DNA of 63,960 nucleotides, filler included, from Lama guanicoe (GCA_013239625.1; 80 parts of 79 records of this genome joined end to end with filler, not necessarily neighbours in it); one strand, 5' to 3'; counted from the whole stretch's first letter, positions 50,058 through 62,851 are shown. The notes: generated by a model not told the origin, from the letters alone. Program-made: numbers and translations.

Positions 50058-50877
50058 NNNNNNNNNNNNNNNNNNNNNNNNNNNNNNNNNNNNNNNNNNN
50101 NTTAATTAATTAANNNNNNNNNNNNNNNNNNNNNNNNNNNNNNNNNNNNNNNNNNNNACAGGGCTTTTTGCCTCTCTGCACCATTGTAGAGGGAGCCTCT
50201 TTTAGCCTCCTGGGATTATTGCAACGTGGGGAGTGGTGGAGGCAGCTCCCTCTTAATCCCAAGGACACAAGGGGAATGGGCTGAGAGGAAATTCACGGGG
50301 TGCCTGTGAACGACAGTCAGCATCGCTGTGGGATTTGTGGGATTTCTGTGCGGGAGCATCTTGTCCAGCTGAGGGAGGACGACCCATCTTGCTGTGGCCT
50401 TAGGGGCTACTGAGTTTGTTAAGGTGCCCCACAATTATGATTTGTTCCCTTCCCATCCACGGCTGAACCTGTGTGTGGACTGGTGTCAACACAGATTTGT
50501 ATTTGCATATGAAACAGTTTCTCCTATAAGGGACCCCCCCCTACACTGTTGGTGGGAATGCAGTTTGGTGCAGCCATTACGGACAACCGNNNNNNNNNNN
50601 NNNNNNNNNNNNNNNNNNNNNNNNNNNNNNNNNTTAATTAATTAANNNNNNNNNNNNNNNNNNNNNNNNNNNNNNNNNNNNNNNNNNNNTGACAGGTACC
50701 TCCCAGGCTCCCCATTTTAGTAACAGCCCCAGCACCCAGCTATGTGTTTGAGGTCAAATTCAAGTTCCCCTGTTCCCTCCCCCCAGCCCTGCCCTGGAAT
50801 CAGTCCTATTATTTCCATCGCTAAGCCCATCTCAAGTCTGGTTCTGCAGGGACCATGGCCGGAAACCCACAAGCTCA

Positions 50878-51450
50878 CAGCATGGTGCAGTCACAGTCCT
50901 CCGAAGGGTGCTCCCTGGAGGGGGAGGCATCTCCTGGCACGGTTCACCTCAGAAGGCACTAGATTCTCACAATGGAGGCCCAGGAGAAGGGACTCAAGTT
51001 TCTCCCGTGGTCTGAGCTTTGAAGGGCCCAAGGTCTAGGGAAGCTCCTAATTAACAGACACACTTGCCAGTGATCAGATGAGGATGGAGGATCACAGGAA
51101 AGGCTGTTCTCAATCCGACCCCTGGGCTCTCGGGAGCCACGGGAAAGGCCTGTGTCCAGGGCACAGCCCAGCCATCACAGATCCCAGCCTGCATTTGCCA
51201 ACCCAGACAGCCTGAAATCCATCTACTTGTGACACTTACATCTGTTCTGTTCCCCACACAGAATGTGATGGACTCATTCAGATATTCTGACCTGTTTCAA
51301 GCGAGACAAATTCAGTGAAAAATGAAGTGTCCACATTTGGACCAGAGCATGAAAGGGGAAACAAGGCCTCATGGACAGCATGATGGTGGTGGCAAAACCC
51401 TTCCCCCGGGTGAGATAAACCAGGGTAGGAGTGAGAATCCAATGTCCTAG
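50878..51450 (-). repeat. Unclassified ~570-bp repeated element, copy 2
   Basis: Reverse-complement homologue of 11843-12407. Confidence 0.9.
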
Positions 51451-51566
51451 GTCTACAGAAGCATCTNNNNNNNNNNNNNNNNNNNNNNNNNNNNNNNNNN
51501 NNNNNNNNNNTTAATTAATTAANNNNNNNNNNNNNNNNNNNNNNNNNNNNNNNNNNNNNNNNNNNN

Positions 51567-52030
51567 AGTAAACCAAATTCAGCAGCACATTAAATGGGTC
51601 ATTAACCAAGATCCACTGTGACTTATCCCTGGGATGGAAGGATGATTCAACATATGCAAATCAGTTAAAGTGGTACATCACATTAATATCATGAAAGAAA
51701 TATATCATATGATTATCTCAATAGATACAGAAAAAGTTGTTAACATTTAACATCTATTCATGATAAAAACTACTAACAAGTTTGGCATAGAAGGAACATA
51801 TCTCAACATGATAAACCCCATATATGAAAAGCCCTCAGCTAACATTATACTCAGTGGTGAAAGATTTTCTTCTAAGATCAGGAAGAAGACCAGGGTGACC
51901 ACTCTTGCCACTTCTATTCAATATAGTATTGAAAGTCCTAGCTAGAGCAGTCAGGCAAGAAAAAGAAAGAAAAAGTTTCAGAATTGGGGGAAAAAAAGGA
52001 ATAAAATCGTCTCTATTTGCAGATGACATA
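51567..52030 (+). mobile_element. LINE-1 ORF2 reverse transcriptase fragment ending at the FADD motif, followed by (TA)n-rich sequence
   Basis: GIEGTYLNMINPIYEKPSANIILSGE; 'tctctatttgcagatgacat' encodes SLFADD. Confidence 0.95.
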
Positions 52031-52276
52031 TATATATATGTATATATATATATATGACATGTATATATATAAGTATATAACATTTATATAATATATATAA
52101 ACATATATTTATATATATATATATAATGTGTGAATCTTTCTCCATCTTGCTTGCTCTTTTCTCTTAACCTGACTAGNNNNNNNNNNNNNNNNNNNNNNNN
52201 NNNNNNNNNNNNNNNNNNNNTTAATTAATTAANNNNNNNNNNNNNNNNNNNNNNNNNNNNNNNNNNNNNNNNNNNN

Positions 52277-52976
52277 TAACAAATATAATGCCTTGAAGTT
52301 CTCTTTGCCCGTACTTTGTTTGTTGACTTTGCTATCAGGGTGATTATAGTTTCATAGAATAAATTTTGTTGTTTCCCACATCTTCACTATGTTTGAATAG
52401 TTTGAAGAGTATAAGTTCTGCTTTCTGTTTTTGTACAGTTCTCCACGGGAGCTGTTTAAATCTGAACTTCTTTTAACGATTTTTTTAAATACATATTCTA
52501 TGTTTCTTCTAGTAAACAGATTGTTCAAATTATTTGTTTCTCCCTATCTCTGTCTCTTTCTAGACATTTGTCTATTTCTTCTAAGTTGACAAGTTTATTG
52601 TCATGTAAGTGTTGACAAAATGATCCCTCTTTTGTATATCTCAGGTAACAATTTTTATTTCTCTTATTTTATTTCTTACTTTATTTCTTTGGAGCATCTC
52701 TCTTTTATTCATGATGCACCTGGCTGCAGGTTTTTTGATTTGTATATCTTACAAAAAACATAAAACTATCTTTTGCATAGTTTTCTTTTCTGTAAAATTT
52801 ATATTTACACCTGTAATATTTAGGGTAATATTTTTCTCTTTTTATAACTTTTTTTATTGATTTAAAGTCATTTTACAAATTTGTCTCAAATTCCAGCCTG
52901 AAGCATAATTTTTCAGTTACTATGAATATATATGCATTTTTGTCCCATTTTTTCCTCTGTCAGCTGCTGTAAGATC
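52277..52976 (-). mobile_element. Composite L1 (lineage 3' end plus decayed ORF2), paralogue of 27653-28600
   Basis: Same tail-to-ORF2 junction ('...aaaaaagtta...aaatattacag') and the same ORF2 indels. Confidence 0.9.
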
Positions 52977-53316
52977 NNNNNNNNNNNNNNNNNNNNNNNN
53001 NNNNNNNNNNNNNNNNNNNNTTAATTAATTAANNNNNNNNNNNNNNNNNNNNNNNNNNNNNNNNNNNNNNNNNNNNCCCTTGATGAATGATGCAATAAAT
53101 GGTAATCTGCTGTGAAAAAGCTGGGGTCAATTGGTTCCTGAGATCCCTGAGAAAACTGAAACAGAAAAAGTAAAACTGCATCTTATTTCACATTCAGAGT
53201 CAAGTGACATGAGATCTCCGTGCGTGTCTCTGCAAGAGGAACCCGGGCTCTTCGGCTGTCAATCCCTCTGACACAGATAAAGACCCATCTTCTTCCTTTC
53301 AAAAGGACTTTTAAGA

Positions 53317-53455
53317 GGGGAGGGTGTAGCTCAAGGGGTAAAACGCATGCTTAGCATGCATGAGGTCCTGGGTTCAAACCCTGGTACCTCCTCTAAGAAT
53401 AAGCAAATAAATAAATGAAACTACCTTCCCCAACCACCCTCCCCACCGTCCAGAA
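53317..53455 (+). mobile_element. Full-length Vic-1-type camelid SINE with target-site duplication
   Basis: 'ggggagggtgtagctcaaggggtaaaacgcatgcttagcatgcatgaggtcctgggttcaaaccctggtacctcc' plus an A-rich/C-rich tail. TSD aaaaggactt(t/a)taa at 53301-53314 and 53456-53469 (13/14 match). Confidence 0.88.
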
Positions 53456-53879
53456 AAAAGGACTTATAAATTAGAGGCAGGCAAATTACAGTGAAAGCAA
53501 GCAGACAGTTCCCTGGTCAGGTGAAACACACACACACACACATCCTACACTTTACAGTCTTATGAGAACAAACTTAAAATGGATAGAAAAATAATGGCNN
53601 NNNNNNNNNNNNNNNNNNNNNNNNNNNNNNNGTTGTGGGAGAAATAAACTCCAATTATTCAACAGAACATTATGTATGGAGCAAATCTATACTTTGTCAT
53701 TTATCTGCTTTGAAAATGCCTTCTTGTCCCGCCAAGGCAAACAAGTTTTTTAATACATCTTTCTCAGTCACCATTAATTNNNNNNNNNNNNNNNNNNNNN
53801 NNNNNNNNNNNNNNNNNNNNNNNTTAATTAATTAANNNNNNNNNNNNNNNNNNNNNNNNNNNNNNNNNNNNNNNNNNNN

Positions 53880-54356
53880 TTCTAAATTATATATTCAGTA
53901 TTATGTGTTTTATATTCTATATTCTGTGATCTTCATTCAATTTTTTAGTTGCTTATAAAGTATTCTGTATTCTATTATCTAAATTCTGTGTTCTGCATTC
54001 CATGTTCTAAATTCTGGGTTCTATATTCTCTTTTTTATTTTCTATATTCTGTGTTCTACATTCTATATTCAGCATTCTGTATTCTATATTCTAAATTTTG
54101 TGTCCTACATTCTATATTCTAAATTCTATATTCAGTATTCTGTATTCTATATTCTAAATTCNNNNNNNNNNNNNNNNNNNNNNNNNNNNNNNNNNNNNNN
54201 NNNNNNNNNNNNNNNNNNNNNNNNNNNNNNNNNNNNNNNNNNNNNNNNTATATTCTAAATATTAAGTATTATGAATTCTATAATCTTAATTCTGTGCTAT
54301 ATATTCCATATTCTAAATTCTCTATTCTATATTCTATATTCTGTGTTCTAATTTCT
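53880..54356 (-). repeat. Heptamer satellite
   Basis: Tandem ATATTCT-type 7-mers. Confidence 0.95.
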
Positions 54357-54456
54357 NNNNNNNNNNNNNNNNNNNNNNNNNNNNNNNNNNNNNNNNNNNN
54401 TTAATTAATTAANNNNNNNNNNNNNNNNNNNNNNNNNNNNNNNNNNNNNNNNNNNN

Positions 54457-55231
54457 ATTCCATGTTTCAAATTCTGTGTTCTATATTCTCTATTCTATAT
54501 TCTATGTTTTGTGTTATTCATTTTAAATTCTAAATTCTATATTCTGCATTCCGTATTCTATGTTCTGTTTTCTGTGTTCTACATTCTATATTATAAATTC
54601 TATATTCAGTATTCTGTTTTCTATATTCCAATTACTGTGTTCTTTATTCTCTCTTCCATATTCTATATTCTGTGTTTTACATTCTATATTCTATATCGTA
54701 TATTCAGTATTCTGTGTTCTATATACTAAATTGTGTATTCTACATTCTATATTTTAAATTCTAGATTAAGTTTTCTGTTTGCTATAGTTTAAATTTTGTG
54801 TTCTGTATCCCATGTTCTAATTTATGGGTTCTATATTCTGTACTCTATATTCTATATTCTGTGTTCTACTTTCTATATACTAAATTCTATATTCAATATT
54901 CTGTATTCTATATTCTAATTTCTGTGTTCTACTTTCTTTATCTAAATCCTATATTCAGTAATATGTATTCTNNNNNNNNNNNNNNNNNNNNNNNNNNNNN
55001 NNNNNNNNNNNNNNNNNNNNNNNNNNNNNNNNNNNNNNNNNNNNNNNNNNNNNNNNNNNNNNNNNNNNNNNNNNNNNNNNNNNNNNNNNNNNNNNNNNNN
55101 NNNNNNNNNNNTGTTCTTCATATACTACATTCTATATTCTGCATTCCATATTCTATAAGCTTTATAATGTGTTCTACATTTAATATTATAAATTCTATAT
55201 TCAGTATTCTGTGTTCTATATTGTAAATTCT
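54457..55231 (-). repeat. Heptamer satellite
   Basis: Tandem ATATTCT-type 7-mers. Confidence 0.95.
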
Positions 55232-57005
55232 NNNNNNNNNNNNNNNNNNNNNNNNNNNNNNNNNNNNNNNNNNNNTTAATTAATTAANNNNNNNNNNNNN
55301 NNNNNNNNNNNNNNNNNNNNNNNNNNNNNNNTGTGTGTGTGTGTGTATGAGTGTGAGCTGCATCAGAAATCCAAAGTCAGTAGCTTAGTTTCCTGGCTAT
55401 GGAGAAATATGGGGCAAAGATCTTTTGGCCCAGTTCATGGCAGACATAGCATGGCTCTGGAGTCAGCAATAATGATGGTCATTTCTTAATTCTGTAGCAC
55501 CCAAACTTCACAGTCAGCGGCTGCCTTAGTGGTCTAGCTCAGCAGTGTTGTTCAGGGAACTTGTCAAGAGATGCTTATCTGGCCTCTTCAGTGATGTTGT
55601 GAGCAGCATAATAATGAATGAAAACAGATCCTCCTCTCGTCACCCTATCCAAGGGGCAACAGCTAAACCCAGACTCGTTCTCTGCTGCCTTGTGAAACTT
55701 TAAGAAAAAAACAAAAGACGTTGAGTTGTACACTATGATTACAAAGAGAGCAGGAGTGGGGACGACAGTGCGTGAAAGATGTTAACAAATGTTTAATGAA
55801 GGGGTGTGGGTGGAGCATTGGCANNNNNNNNNNNNNNNNNNNNNNNNNNNNNNNNNNNNNNNNNNNNTTAATTAATTAANNNNNNNNNNNNNNNNNNNNN
55901 NNNNNNNNNNNNNNNNNNNNNNNGTTGAATCCTTTCTCGAGGCTGATGTATCCTGTTGGGTGTGTGGAAAGATTAGAAGGGAAACAAATTCTTTTTTTTT
56001 TTTTCAGGAGGCCTGAGTTGATGAGAAAAGAGTTGAGGGTGGGCTGAAAAACAGAGTGACACTCCCTCTTCTCCCGGCTGAAATTGATAAACAAGGAAAT
56101 CAATTAAGTGTATTGGTAGTTGACCAACAGAAGTTAGTGAGCCCAAACTGTCTAGATATGCCCAAAGGAAAGTACTGAATTCAGCTGCAGAATTATGTGC
56201 TTTACCAAGAAGAAGCAGCTTAGAGCAATCAGAAAAATCAGTAATATGCTGAAATATGAAAGGAATATTATATTTTTTATTTCTGAAACTTTTCTACGGT
56301 AAGTTGTGTAGAGCTAAAATTAAGTTTCAAGCACCAGGAGTTAAGAGTGTGGGTGGTTCTGTATGATCGTTATTCATGGATGTGCCTAGACACTGCTAGA
56401 GTGGCTGAAGCTGGCAGGAAAAGACCCACAATCAGGATTTGTCACCCTAAGTTGTCCTCCATAATGGTTCCATGTGGGAGCCCATGATTGGGTTAACAAA
56501 TTGTAACACACCCCAGTCGCCTGTAATCTTTAAGAAGAAAAAAATATGCTTTGAAACTGCTTTGCAAGCAAGTGCCTGTGCATTCTCTCTCCAGCCTCCT
56601 ACCAGCCTCCTTGCCTTAAAAAGCAGAGACAATGCTTCTCTTGCATAGTTGAGGTTTTAGATAGCACTCTGCTGGTTGCAAAGCAAGGACCGGGGCCCTA
56701 AGGTATAAACGCTGGGCCTGTGTGATGTTAGATATTCTATTATCCCGAAAACAAGGACCTGGCTGGTCTGGTACTCTGCTTTGTAATTCACATATCTTAA
56801 AATATATCTTGTTCCCCTCACCCNNNNNNNNNNNNNNNNNNNNNNNNNNNNNNNNNNNNNNNNNNNNTTAATTAATTAANNNNNNNNNNNNNNNNNNNNN
56901 NNNNNNNNNNNNNNNNNNNNNNNTTTTTCAATAAACTTCTTCTCCACAAAAAGAATGGAAGAGGAAAAAGAACATAATTAAACTATGGGACAGAATACAT
57001 TTCTT

Positions 57006-57269
57006 TTTTTTTTAACATTTTTTATGGATTTATAATCATTTTACAATGTTGTGTCAAATTCCAGTGTTCAGCACAATTTTTCAGTCATTCATGGACATAT
57101 AAAGGACATATACACACTCATTGTCACATTTTTTTCTCTGTTAGTTACCATAAGGTTTTGTGTAAATTTCCCTGTGCTATACAGTGTAATCTTGTTTCTC
57201 TATTCTACAATTTTGAAATCCCAGTCTATCCCTTCCCACCCTCTACCCCCCTGGTAACCACAAGTCTGT
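57006..57269 (-). mobile_element. Complete 5'-truncated L1 insertion with a perfect 16-bp TSD
   Basis: Antisense lineage L1 3' UTR flanked by 'acagaatacatttctt' at 56990-57005 and 57270-57285. Confidence 0.93.
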
Positions 57270-58090
57270 ACAGAATACATTTCTTGATGTTTAAAAGTAC
57301 ATGTAATAAAAATTAATTTTCTGAAGGAGTACAGTGCTTTGCTCCTGTACTTCAGATAGGTTACATAACAATACTTTGATGATTCCNNNNNNNNNNNNNN
57401 NNNNNNNNNNNNNNNNNNNNNNNNNNNNNNTTAATTAATTAANNNNNNNNNNNNNNNNNNNNNNNNNNNNNNNNNNNNNNNNNNNNCAAAGAAACTACAC
57501 CAAAGACTTCCTTAAATATTTTATATATTCCTATTGTTTTGAATATTAAATTTCTTAAAAGATATGATTTTTTGAAAAAGAAAACAGCTGTATTAAATTT
57601 CCTCTCACCAAGAAAGCAATCTTTATGAAGAAAAAAACCCCTGTGGAAATCGAAATGCCAGGACGTTTCTATCTAAGTGAACATCCAGATCTGAACACAA
57701 ACCTAAATCCTATCAGATCTCACTCGAAGGAGCTCAACAAAGTCCTGGGCAACTCTGGAAATTAGCTCTTTTGTTCCAAATGTTGGCTGAGCTAAGATCA
57801 TCACACTAGGCAGGGAAGGAGAGAAGAGGACAGTCCACCTGGCGGCCTCCATCCGTTTTCTTCCAGCCACAAAGTGCCTCTAGGGTGGCCTGCTAACAAG
57901 CCCCCATTAGAAAAGCCGGCATCCACACTGCCCCTGCCGTCCTCAAGAAGCCCCAATGCCCATATCCCAGCCTGTGAATGGTCTTCTAATGATCCCCCAT
58001 TTGGTGGCACCCACCCNNNNNNNNNNNNNNNNNNNNNNNNNNNNNNNNNNNNNNNNNNNNNNNNNNNNNNNNNNNNNNNNNNNNNNNNNN

Positions 58091-58433
58091 CCCCACTTCA
58101 AATGCTTCAGAGGCTCCCTGTTAGAGTTCTAGCCCAACCCCAGACCCTGCTCGCCCAGCCTCACCTAAGTACACAGGTCCTCAGTGACCTCAGGGGCCCC
58201 CTGACCTGCTCCTACTTCCCGCTTGATCCAGTCTCATTTTGACTGTTTCTAAAGGAAGCCTTCCCTCCCTCCAACCTCCACAATTTGTTCCTCTCTTCCT
58301 AGAACATTCTTGGCTAAGTCAACTTCTGACAATGCTAAGTTCTCAAGAACCAAATACATTTAGCTTACTAATGTGGCTACACTTTGTCTCCCCTAGACTC
58401 ACAGAAGTGCACGTGTAATGAATAAATGAATGA
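58091..58433 (+). mobile_element. L2 relic
   Basis: 'cttcaaatgcttcagaggctccctgtt...ttgttcctctcttcctagaacattctt...aatgaataaatgaatga'. Confidence 0.65.
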
Positions 58434-58533
58434 NNNNNNNNNNNNNNNNNNNNNNNNNNNNNNNNNNNNNNNNNNNNTTAATTAATTAANNNNNNNNNNN
58501 NNNNNNNNNNNNNNNNNNNNNNNNNNNNNNNNN

Positions 58534-59324
58534 AATTTAGAATATAGAATGAAGAACACAGAATAAAGAATATGGAATAAAGTATACAGAACCTAGAATT
58601 TAGAATATGCAATGCACAAAACAGAAGATAGAATATAGAATACAGTATACTAAATATAGGATTTAGAACATAGAATGCAGAACACAGAATTTATAATATG
58701 AAATACATATTTCTGAATATAGAATTTAGAATATAGAATGTAGAACACAGAATATAGAATATAAAATACGGAATGCAGAATATAGTATGAAGAATATANN
58801 NNNNNNNNNNNNNNNNNNNNNNNNNNNNNNNNNNNNNNNNNNNNNNNNNNNNNNNNNNNNNNNNNNNNNNNNNNNNNNNNNNNNNNNNNNNNNNNNNNNN
58901 NNNNNNNNNNNNNNNNNNNNNNNNNNNNNNNNNNNNNNNNNNNNNNNNNNNNNNNNNNNNNNNNNNNNNNNNNNNNNNNNNNNNNNNNNNNNNNNNNNNN
59001 NNNNNNNNNNNNNNNNNNNNNNNNNNNNNNNNNNNNNNNNNNNNNNNNNNNNNNNNNNNNNNNNNNNNNNNNNNNNNNNNNNNNNNNNNNNNNNNNNTAC
59101 TGAATATAGAATTTAGAATATAGAATGCAAAACAGAGAATTAAGAATATAGAATATAGAATGCTGAATAAAGAATTTAGAATATAGAATGTAGAACATAG
59201 AATATAGATTAGAGAATAGAGAATATAGAATCCAGAATTTAGAACATGGAATGCAGAACACAGAATTTAGAATTAAAAATAGGGATTACTGAAAATAGCA
59301 AGTAGAATATAGAATGTAGAAAAC
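58534..59324 (+). repeat. Heptamer satellite
   Basis: Tandem AGAATAT-type 7-mers. Confidence 0.95.
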
Positions 59325-60019
59325 NNNNNNNNNNNNNNNNNNNNNNNNNNNNNNNNNNNNNNNNNNNNTTAATTAATTAANNNNNNNNNNNNNNNNNNNN
59401 NNNNNNNNNNNNNNNNNNNNNNNNCTCATTTTGATAACGCTTATCTCACAAATCTGAAAGAGCACAGGACACTAATTCTGGTGGAAATGGAGCTTCTAAA
59501 AGTTCTCAGCTCTGCATTCTACTCTATGTTATTTTGGAGTGTTTCCAGAAGAGCAGAGTGTGAGTGCGCTTGTGCTTTGTAGTGCCACGGGAATGTCCCA
59601 CTGAAACCAGTTCTTCCAAGAGCTTCTCTGTCTACAGAAACACCAGTGGAAGCATATCTATGGATGTCACACATCAGGGCCTGCTGGAATAGCCCGAACT
59701 TGGTGTCCTCGCTGCCGAACCGTGCCGGTGCCATCCAAAATGTAGCATCCGCTTTTGAGAGATAAACTGAAGGAAATCCTTCCTCTTCTCACGCTGTGGT
59801 CTTGGACCACACTTCATTGTCCTTTCATCTTTGTGGCACGGGTGCACGAAGCCAACCACAGAGCTGTTGCACACCGTGTGCCTCAAACCAAACCATAATC
59901 ACAGCCCAGGTTATGAATGNNNNNNNNNNNNNNNNNNNNNNNNNNNNNNNNNNNNNNNNNNNNTTAATTAATTAANNNNNNNNNNNNNNNNNNNNNNNNN
60001 NNNNNNNNNNNNNNNNNNN

Positions 60020-60437
60020 CTCAGGGGAGACGAGCTTATGCAATCCGTTAGAACCCACGCACTGCCGATAGTTGGTGGAACCTTCCACGCTCAGGATTCC
60101 GGAACCATAATCAGTGCATGGGGGAGCTCAAGAGACAATTCCACGCAGCTCTCTTCAGTCACAGGTGTTCCCGGTTCGGGGGAAGACCCAGGAATATCTT
60201 CCCTGTCTTTAGGGTGGCAGCCTATGTCTCTGGGATTTCCTGTAAACCCCCCTAGCGTTCTCTGGCAAAGAGACATGAGGAAAACAATCACGGGTGACGA
60301 GCTTAGGCATTCCCTTAGAGCCCATGCGCTGCCGACCGTTGGTGGAACCTCCCCACGCTCAGGATTCCGGTAACATAATCAGTACGTTGGGGAGCTCGAG
60401 AGAAAACTCCACGAAGCTCTCTTCATTCACAGGTGTT
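60020..60437 (+). repeat. ~267-bp satellite family A
   Basis: About 1.6 monomers containing 'cacgctcaggattccgg'. Confidence 0.95.
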
Positions 60438-60537
60438 NNNNNNNNNNNNNNNNNNNNNNNNNNNNNNNNNNNNNNNNNNNNTTAATTAATTAANNNNNNN
60501 NNNNNNNNNNNNNNNNNNNNNNNNNNNNNNNNNNNNN

Positions 60538-62047
60538 TTCGTTCGTCCAGCACAATGGGAACGGGTTGCAAGAGAAACCTTTTCTCCAGTTTCTCAGTCT
60601 GTTTCCTAGTGCCGGTTTGAAGTGCCTGTCGTTGTCACTGTAAAACCGAGTTGGAGCTTGTACCTCCCCATATATATGTTTGGAATGGGGTTGGCAACTG
60701 AAAAGAAACCTTGTGTTCCCTTCAAGCTAGGTGAAGAACGGCTTTCACACACACTTATCTCTCAGAAATGAGCATGTGGAGAGAAGTTCGTNNNNNNNNN
60801 NNNNNNNNNNNNNNNNNNNNNNNNNNNNNNNNNNNNNNNNNNNNNNNNNNNNNNNNNNNNNNNNNNNNNNNNNNNNNNNNNNNNNNNNNNNNNNNNNNNN
60901 NNNNNNNNNNNNNNNNNNNNNNNNNNNNNNNNNNNNNNNNNNNNNNNNNNNNNNNNNNNNNNNNNNNNNNNNNNNNNNNNNNNNNNNNNNNNNNNNNNNN
61001 NNNNNNNNNNNNNNNNNNNNNNNNNNNNNNNNNNNNNNNNNNNNNNNNNNNNNNNNNNNNNNNNNNNNNNNNNNNNNNNNNNNNNNNNNNNNNNNNNNNN
61101 NNNNNNNNNNNNNNNNNNNNNNNNNNNNNNNNNNNNNNNNNNNNNNNNNNNNNNNNNNNNNNNNNNNNNNNNNNNNNNNNNNNNNNNNNNNNNNNNNNNN
61201 NNNNNNNNNNNNNNNNNNNNNNNNNNNNNNNNNNNNNNNNNNNNNNNNNNNNNNNNNNNNNNNNNNNNNNNNNNNNNNNNNNNNNNNNNNNNNNNNNNNN
61301 NNNNNNNNNNNNNNNNNNNNNNNNNNNNNNNNNNNNNNNNNNNNNNNNNNNNNNNNNNNNNNNNNNNNNNNNNNNNNNNNNNNNNNNNNNNNNNNNNNNN
61401 NNNNNNNNNNNNNNNNNNNNNNNNNNNNNNNNNNNNNNNNNNNNNNNNNNNNNNNNNNNNNNNNNNNNNNNNNNNNNNNNNNNNNNNNNNNNNNNNNNNN
61501 NNNNNNNNNNNNNNNNNNNNNNNNNNNNNNNNNNNNNGAACTGAGTATGTGGAGAGACGTTCGTCCATCCAGCACAATGGGAACGTGTTGCTGGAGAAAC
61601 ATTATCTAAGTTTTCTAAGTCTGTTTCCTAGTGCCGGATTGAAGTGCCTGTTTTTTCATTGTAAAACAGAGTTGGAGCTTCATTCTCCCCAGACATATGT
61701 ATGGAGAGGGTTTGCAACGAAAAGAAACTTTGTGTTCCCTTAAATCTAGTTGATGGACGGCTTTCAAACACACTTATCTCTGAAAACTGAGCATGTGGAG
61801 AGACGTTCGTTCATCCAGCACCAAGGGAACGGGTTGCAGGTGAAACCCTTACTCTGGTTTCTCAGTCTGTTTCCTAGTGCCAGTTTTATGTGCCAGCCGT
61901 TTTCACTGTAAAACCGAGTTGTAGCTTGTACCTCCCCATATATATGTAAGGAGTGGGATTTGCAACGAAAAGAAACTATGTGTTCCCATAAATCTATTTG
62001 ACGGACGGCTTTCACACACACTTCTCTCTCAGAACTGAGCATGTGGA
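60538..62047 (+). repeat. ~248-bp satellite family B (internal gap)
   Basis: 'actgag(t/c)atgtgga' at 61540, 61786 and 62034 (periods 246, 248). Confidence 0.95.
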
Positions 62048-62328
62048 NNNNNNNNNNNNNNNNNNNNNNNNNNNNNNNNNNNNNNNNNNNNTTAATTAAT
62101 TAANNNNNNNNNNNNNNNNNNNNNNNNNNNNNNNNNNNNNNNNNNNNATATTTGTTCTGGATTGTAGAATGAACTAGTGTAACATCAAGTCATGCTTGTT
62201 AGGGTAAAATTTCAATTCTTATTTAGTCCCATGCAGGGAGTACTGTGATTGACCCTCACTAATGCTTCCTGGGAGTCAGCTATGCATTCCTACTGAATTG
62301 CTGATAACAATTTTCTCATTTTATGCAG

Positions 62329-62439
62329 CTTCCTCCAGCTCTGCAGCACAATTTGAAAAGAAGGTTTATAGAGAGATTCAAGAAAAACCTCTTCAGCCAG
62401 CAGAGTAAACTTTGCAACTTGAAATTTGAAATTAAAAAG
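62329..62439 (+). CDS. Candidate 111-bp internal exon (phase-0 reading LPPALQHNLKRRFIERFKKNLFSQQSKLCNLKFEIKK), gene unidentified
   Basis: Branch-like 'gctgat', acceptor 'ttttctcattttatgcag|', donor 'aag|gtatgg'. Length is a multiple of 3 and only one frame is fully open. Confidence 0.45.
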
Positions 62440-62573
62440 GTATGGTGCTCTACATACAGGAATTCTTCTTTGGCTACCAAACAAAAACACATCATAGGAA
62501 TTAATTTGTCTGCCTCCTGAGCTTTCGTCCTCTATTTAAGCTCTGCCCAATATGAAAGGGCATTGTCCATGGT

Positions 62574-62751
62574 TGTCTTAGTCCATTTGGGCTGCTATAG
62601 TAAAAATACCATAAGATGATGTGTTTAGAAACAGCAGAAACTTTTTGCTAACAGTTCTGGGAACTGGAAGCCCAAGATCAGGGTGCCAGCATACGGGTTT
62701 GACGTGGACCTGCTTCTGGGTTGCAGACTGCTGACTTCTTACTGTGTCCTT
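62574..62751 (-). mobile_element. MLT1A-like MaLR LTR fragment
   Basis: 'tgtcttagtccatttgggctgctatagtaaaaatacc...cagttctgggaactggaagcccaagatcagggtgccagcat'. Confidence 0.88.
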
Positions 62752-62851
62752 NNNNNNNNNNNNNNNNNNNNNNNNNNNNNNNNNNNNNNNNNNNNTTAAT
62801 TAATTAANNNNNNNNNNNNNNNNNNNNNNNNNNNNNNNNNNNNNNNNNNNN

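Noticed and set aside
52028..52125. Microsatellites: (TA)n here and at 33350-33371, (TG)n ~5839-5854, (GTT)n ~30865-30889, (CA)n ~53526-53541
   Set aside because: Ordinary simple repeats; several just mark where contigs broke.
53317..53390. tRNA-Ala-like sequence
   Set aside because: The stems are degenerate, and the SINE tail and TSD show it is a SINE head rather than a tRNA gene.
54511..55226. Hydrophobic YILYSVF-repeat 'proteins' (also 18835-19056, 31717-32061, 42000-42733, 58650-59261)
   Set aside because: These are translations of the heptamer satellite's antisense strand; there is no evidence of coding function.
56500..56823. LTR-like stretch with TATAAA
   Set aside because: No defined termini, TSD or recognisable family; the fragment ends before it can be tested.
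59580..59770. Short open frame after a possible acceptor
   Set aside because: The splice signals are weak and the peptide is not recognisable.
60655..60725. Shared words 'acctcccca' and 'gtgttccc' between satellite families A and B
   Set aside because: Spacing differs (85 vs 51 bp) and I see no colinear similarity; this is compatible with chance.
531..61609. Long ORFs in the supplied track containing X runs
   Set aside because: They are open only because they cross N gaps.
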